A stretch of DNA of 64,000 nt, from positions 1,069 through 65,068 of the forward strand of contig JAODNS010000136.1 of assembly GCA_025465145.1 (NCBI GenBank). Reading direction: 5' to 3'. Positions within the stretch are counted from its first letter, which is position 1. Each line of letters begins with the position of its first letter. Of the stretch, positions 62,164-64,000 are shown piece by piece. The DNA comes from Frankiales bacterium (GTDB taxonomy: Bacteria > Actinomycetota > Actinomycetes > Mycobacteriales > SCTD01). The position numbers were made by a program, and so were the translations under genes. A model generated the notes under the pieces. It had not been told where the DNA came from. It saw only the letters and a list, made by a program, of their open reading frames with translations, and ran no database searches.

Positions 62164-63867
62164 TCACCCGGCGAGCGTCGAGACGCGAGCCGGTGCCGCC
62201 GACCAGAGCGCGCCGCGGGCGTGCGGGGGGACCGCTGGAGACATCGGCGGTACCGCGGTGAGGCGCACGTACTCCTCCCCCTGCGCCGGGCGCACGTCCT
62301 GCTCGCCCTTGTTCGGCCACAGCGCCAGCGCCCGCTCTGCCTGGGCCGTGATGGTGAGCGACGGGTTGACCCCGAGGTTGGCGCTGATGGCCGAGCCGTC
62401 GACGACGGAGATCGACGGGTGTCCCCAGAGCCGCTGGTACGGGTCGACGACCCCGGTCGCCGGCGACTCACTGATCGGGCAGCCGCCGATGAAGTGGGCG
62501 GTCATCGGCACGTTCGCGAGCTCCCCGACCGTGCCGGTCGTGTAGCCGCCCATCTTCTCGGCGAGTCGGGTCGCGACCTCGTCGCCGGCCGGGATCCACG
62601 TGGGATTCGGCGCGCCATGGCCCTGGCGCGACGTGAGCCGGCCGCGCCGCAGGAACGTGGTCACGGAGTTGTCAAGGGTCTGCATCACGAGCACGACGAC
62701 GGACCGCTCCGACCACCGGTACGGGACCAGGGTGCGCAGGAAGACCAGTGGGTGGCGGAGGGGACCGGCCAGACCGCGCAGCCAACGCGGCAGCCGGCCG
62801 CTGCCGCCGATCATCACCGTGGTGACGAAGGCCATCGCGTTCGAGCCCTTGCCGTACCGGCAGGGCTCCACGTGCGTCACGTCGTCGGGGTGGAAGGACG
62901 AGGTGATCGCGACCCCTCGGGTGAAGTCGTCCTTCGTCGTCCACTGCGCCGCGACGCGCAGCGACTCGCTGTTGGTGCGGGTGAGGTGGCCGAGCCGCTC
63001 GGACAACCGGGGCAGGGTGCCGGCGTCGCGGTGGGAGTGCAGCAGCGTCTGCGTGCCGAGCGCCCCCGCGGCCAGGACGACGTGGCGGGCGCGGAACACG
63101 GTCCTGCGGCCGCCGAGGGCCCGCGTCGCGCGGGCGGTGACCCGCACGCCGTCGCCGAGGTCGCGCAGCTCGGTCACGGTGGTGTCGGGGACGATCCGTG
63201 CGCCGAGGCCCTCGGCCAGGTGCAGGTAGTTCTTCACGAGCGTGTTCTTGGCACCGACACGGCACCCCGTCATGCAGGAGCCGCACTCCGTGCAGCCGGT
63301 GCGCTCGGGGCCTGCCCCGCCGAAGTAGGGGTCGGCGACCTTCGTGCCCGGCTGCTTCTGCCCGTCACCGAAGAAGACGCCAACGGGGGTGAGGCGGAAG
63401 CTGCGCCCGACACCCATGTCGTTCGCGACGTCGCGCATCAGCTCGTCGCTGCGGGTCACCGTCGTGTTGTCCGTGACCCCGAGCATGCGGCTCGCCTGCT
63501 CGTACCAGGGCGACAGCTCGGCGTCCCAGTCGGTGATGTGCGACCACTGCGGGTCGCGGAAGAACGGCGACGGCGGCTTGTAGAGCGTGTTCGCGTAGTT
63601 CAGCGACCCGCCACCGACTCCGGCGCCCGCGAGCACCAGCACCTGGCCGACCTTGACGATGCGCTGGATGCCGTGGAGCCCGAGCCGGGGTGCCCACACG
63701 AACCTGCGGATCGACCAGGACGTCGTGGGAAGCTCGTCGTCGGCCCACCGGCGCCCGGCCTCCAGCACGACGACCGAGTAGCCCTTCTCGGCGAGGCGCA
63801 GCGCGGCGACGCTCCCGCCGAAGCCGGATCCCACGACCACGACGTCGACGTCCTCAGTGCTGGGCAT
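62164..63867 (-). CDS. GMC-family FAD oxidoreductase (cholesterol-oxidase/ChoD-like)
   Basis: ORF 62164..63867(-). FAD fold VVVVGSGFGGSVAALRLAEKGYSVVVLEAG, GGGSLNYAN, C-terminal AHFIGGC...VVDGSAISANLGVNPSLTI. Confidence 0.88.
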   Translation of the reverse strand: MPSTEDVDVVVVGSGFGGSVAALRLAEKGYSVVVLEAGRRWADDELPTTSWSIRRFVWAPRLGLHGIQRIVKVGQVLVLAGAGVGGGSLNYANTLYKPPSPFFRDPQWSHITDWDAELSPWYEQASRMLGVTDNTTVTRSDELMRDVANDMGVGRSFRLTPVGVFFGDGQKQPGTKVADPYFGGAGPERTGCTECGSCMTGCRVGAKNTLVKNYLHLAEGLGARIVPDTTVTELRDLGDGVRVTARATRALGGRRTVFRARHVVLAAGALGTQTLLHSHRDAGTLPRLSERLGHLTRTNSESLRVAAQWTTKDDFTRGVAITSSFHPDDVTHVEPCRYGKGSNAMAFVTTVMIGGSGRLPRWLRGLAGPLRHPLVFLRTLVPYRWSERSVVVLVMQTLDNSVTTFLRRGRLTSRQGHGAPNPTWIPAGDEVATRLAEKMGGYTTGTVGELANVPMTAHFIGGCPISESPATGVVDPYQRLWGHPSISVVDGSAISANLGVNPSLTITAQAERALALWPNKGEQDVRPAQGEEYVRLTAVPPMSPAVPPHARGALWSAAPARVSTLAG

Positions 63868-63953
63868 GCGTGCTTCTCCTTCGTTCGACGTGCGGTGACG
63901 GCTGGGTGAGGGCGGGCGCCACCCGTCGGCGGCCAGGAGGCGGAGGAACGGGT

Positions 63954-64000
63954 CAGCGGGTGACAGCGAGGACGTCCAGCTCGCGCGCGAACGTCACCGC
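63954..64000 (-). CDS. 3' end of an unidentified gene running off the right edge
   Basis: Minus-strand reading ...AVTFARELDVLAVTR-stop with high third-position GC. Only 15 codons are visible. Confidence 0.25.

Overview
High-GC (roughly 70%+) actinobacterial chromosomal segment, densely coded on both strands. I found no rRNA, CRISPR array, transposase or integrase. Many ORF-track entries are antisense or 5'-over-extended artefacts typical of high-GC DNA. I trimmed starts by counting codons from the track and checking for Shine-Dalgarno sequences or ATGA/GTGA stop-start overlaps.

Gene content, left to right:
1. Partial MFS transporter, then an unusual cluster of two paralogous bicupins, an EutA-like ATPase, a DUF336/GlcG protein and a 4,5-dihydroxyphthalate-decarboxylase-like protein, with GntR and IclR regulators.
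2. ArsI/CadI-ArsR-aquaporin metalloid module.
3. pstSCAB-phoU, preceded by an orphan Asp-less OmpR-type regulator and PHO-box-like repeats.
4. A hypoxia/dormancy-type block: Asp-less receiver, GAF-ANTAR, DevS/DosT-like kinase, PNPOx, GNAT, ADH-DUF5994-USP-SGNH operon, RsbW-like ATPase.
5. icmF-marR.
6. A c-di-GMP/two-component island in which a CarH-like B12-binding protein (Wx9EH motif, no DNA-binding domain) is translationally coupled to a REC-PAS-GGDEF-EAL enzyme. Both GGDEF-EAL proteins carry a C-terminal recombinase-like HTH tail. A PAS kinase and single-domain regulator are transcribed divergently.
7. PRC-barrel/DUF2382 stress protein and two tandem WGxxGxxG-tail secreted peptides.
8. 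GH3, Zn-ADH, lrp-hppD-hmgA (tyrosine catabolism), assorted hydrolases.
9. Leucine/branched acyl-CoA cluster (ACADs, thioesterase, carboxyltransferase, biotin carboxylase, TetR).
10. A decayed acyl-CoA synthetase pseudogene, tRNA-Lys(CTT) and a GMC oxidoreductase.

The best candidates for undescribed biology are the B12-sensor/c-di-GMP/HTH island (31.1-39.9 kb) and the bicupin-EutA-like cluster (0.7-7.7 kb). All family assignments come from motif reading by eye, not database searches.
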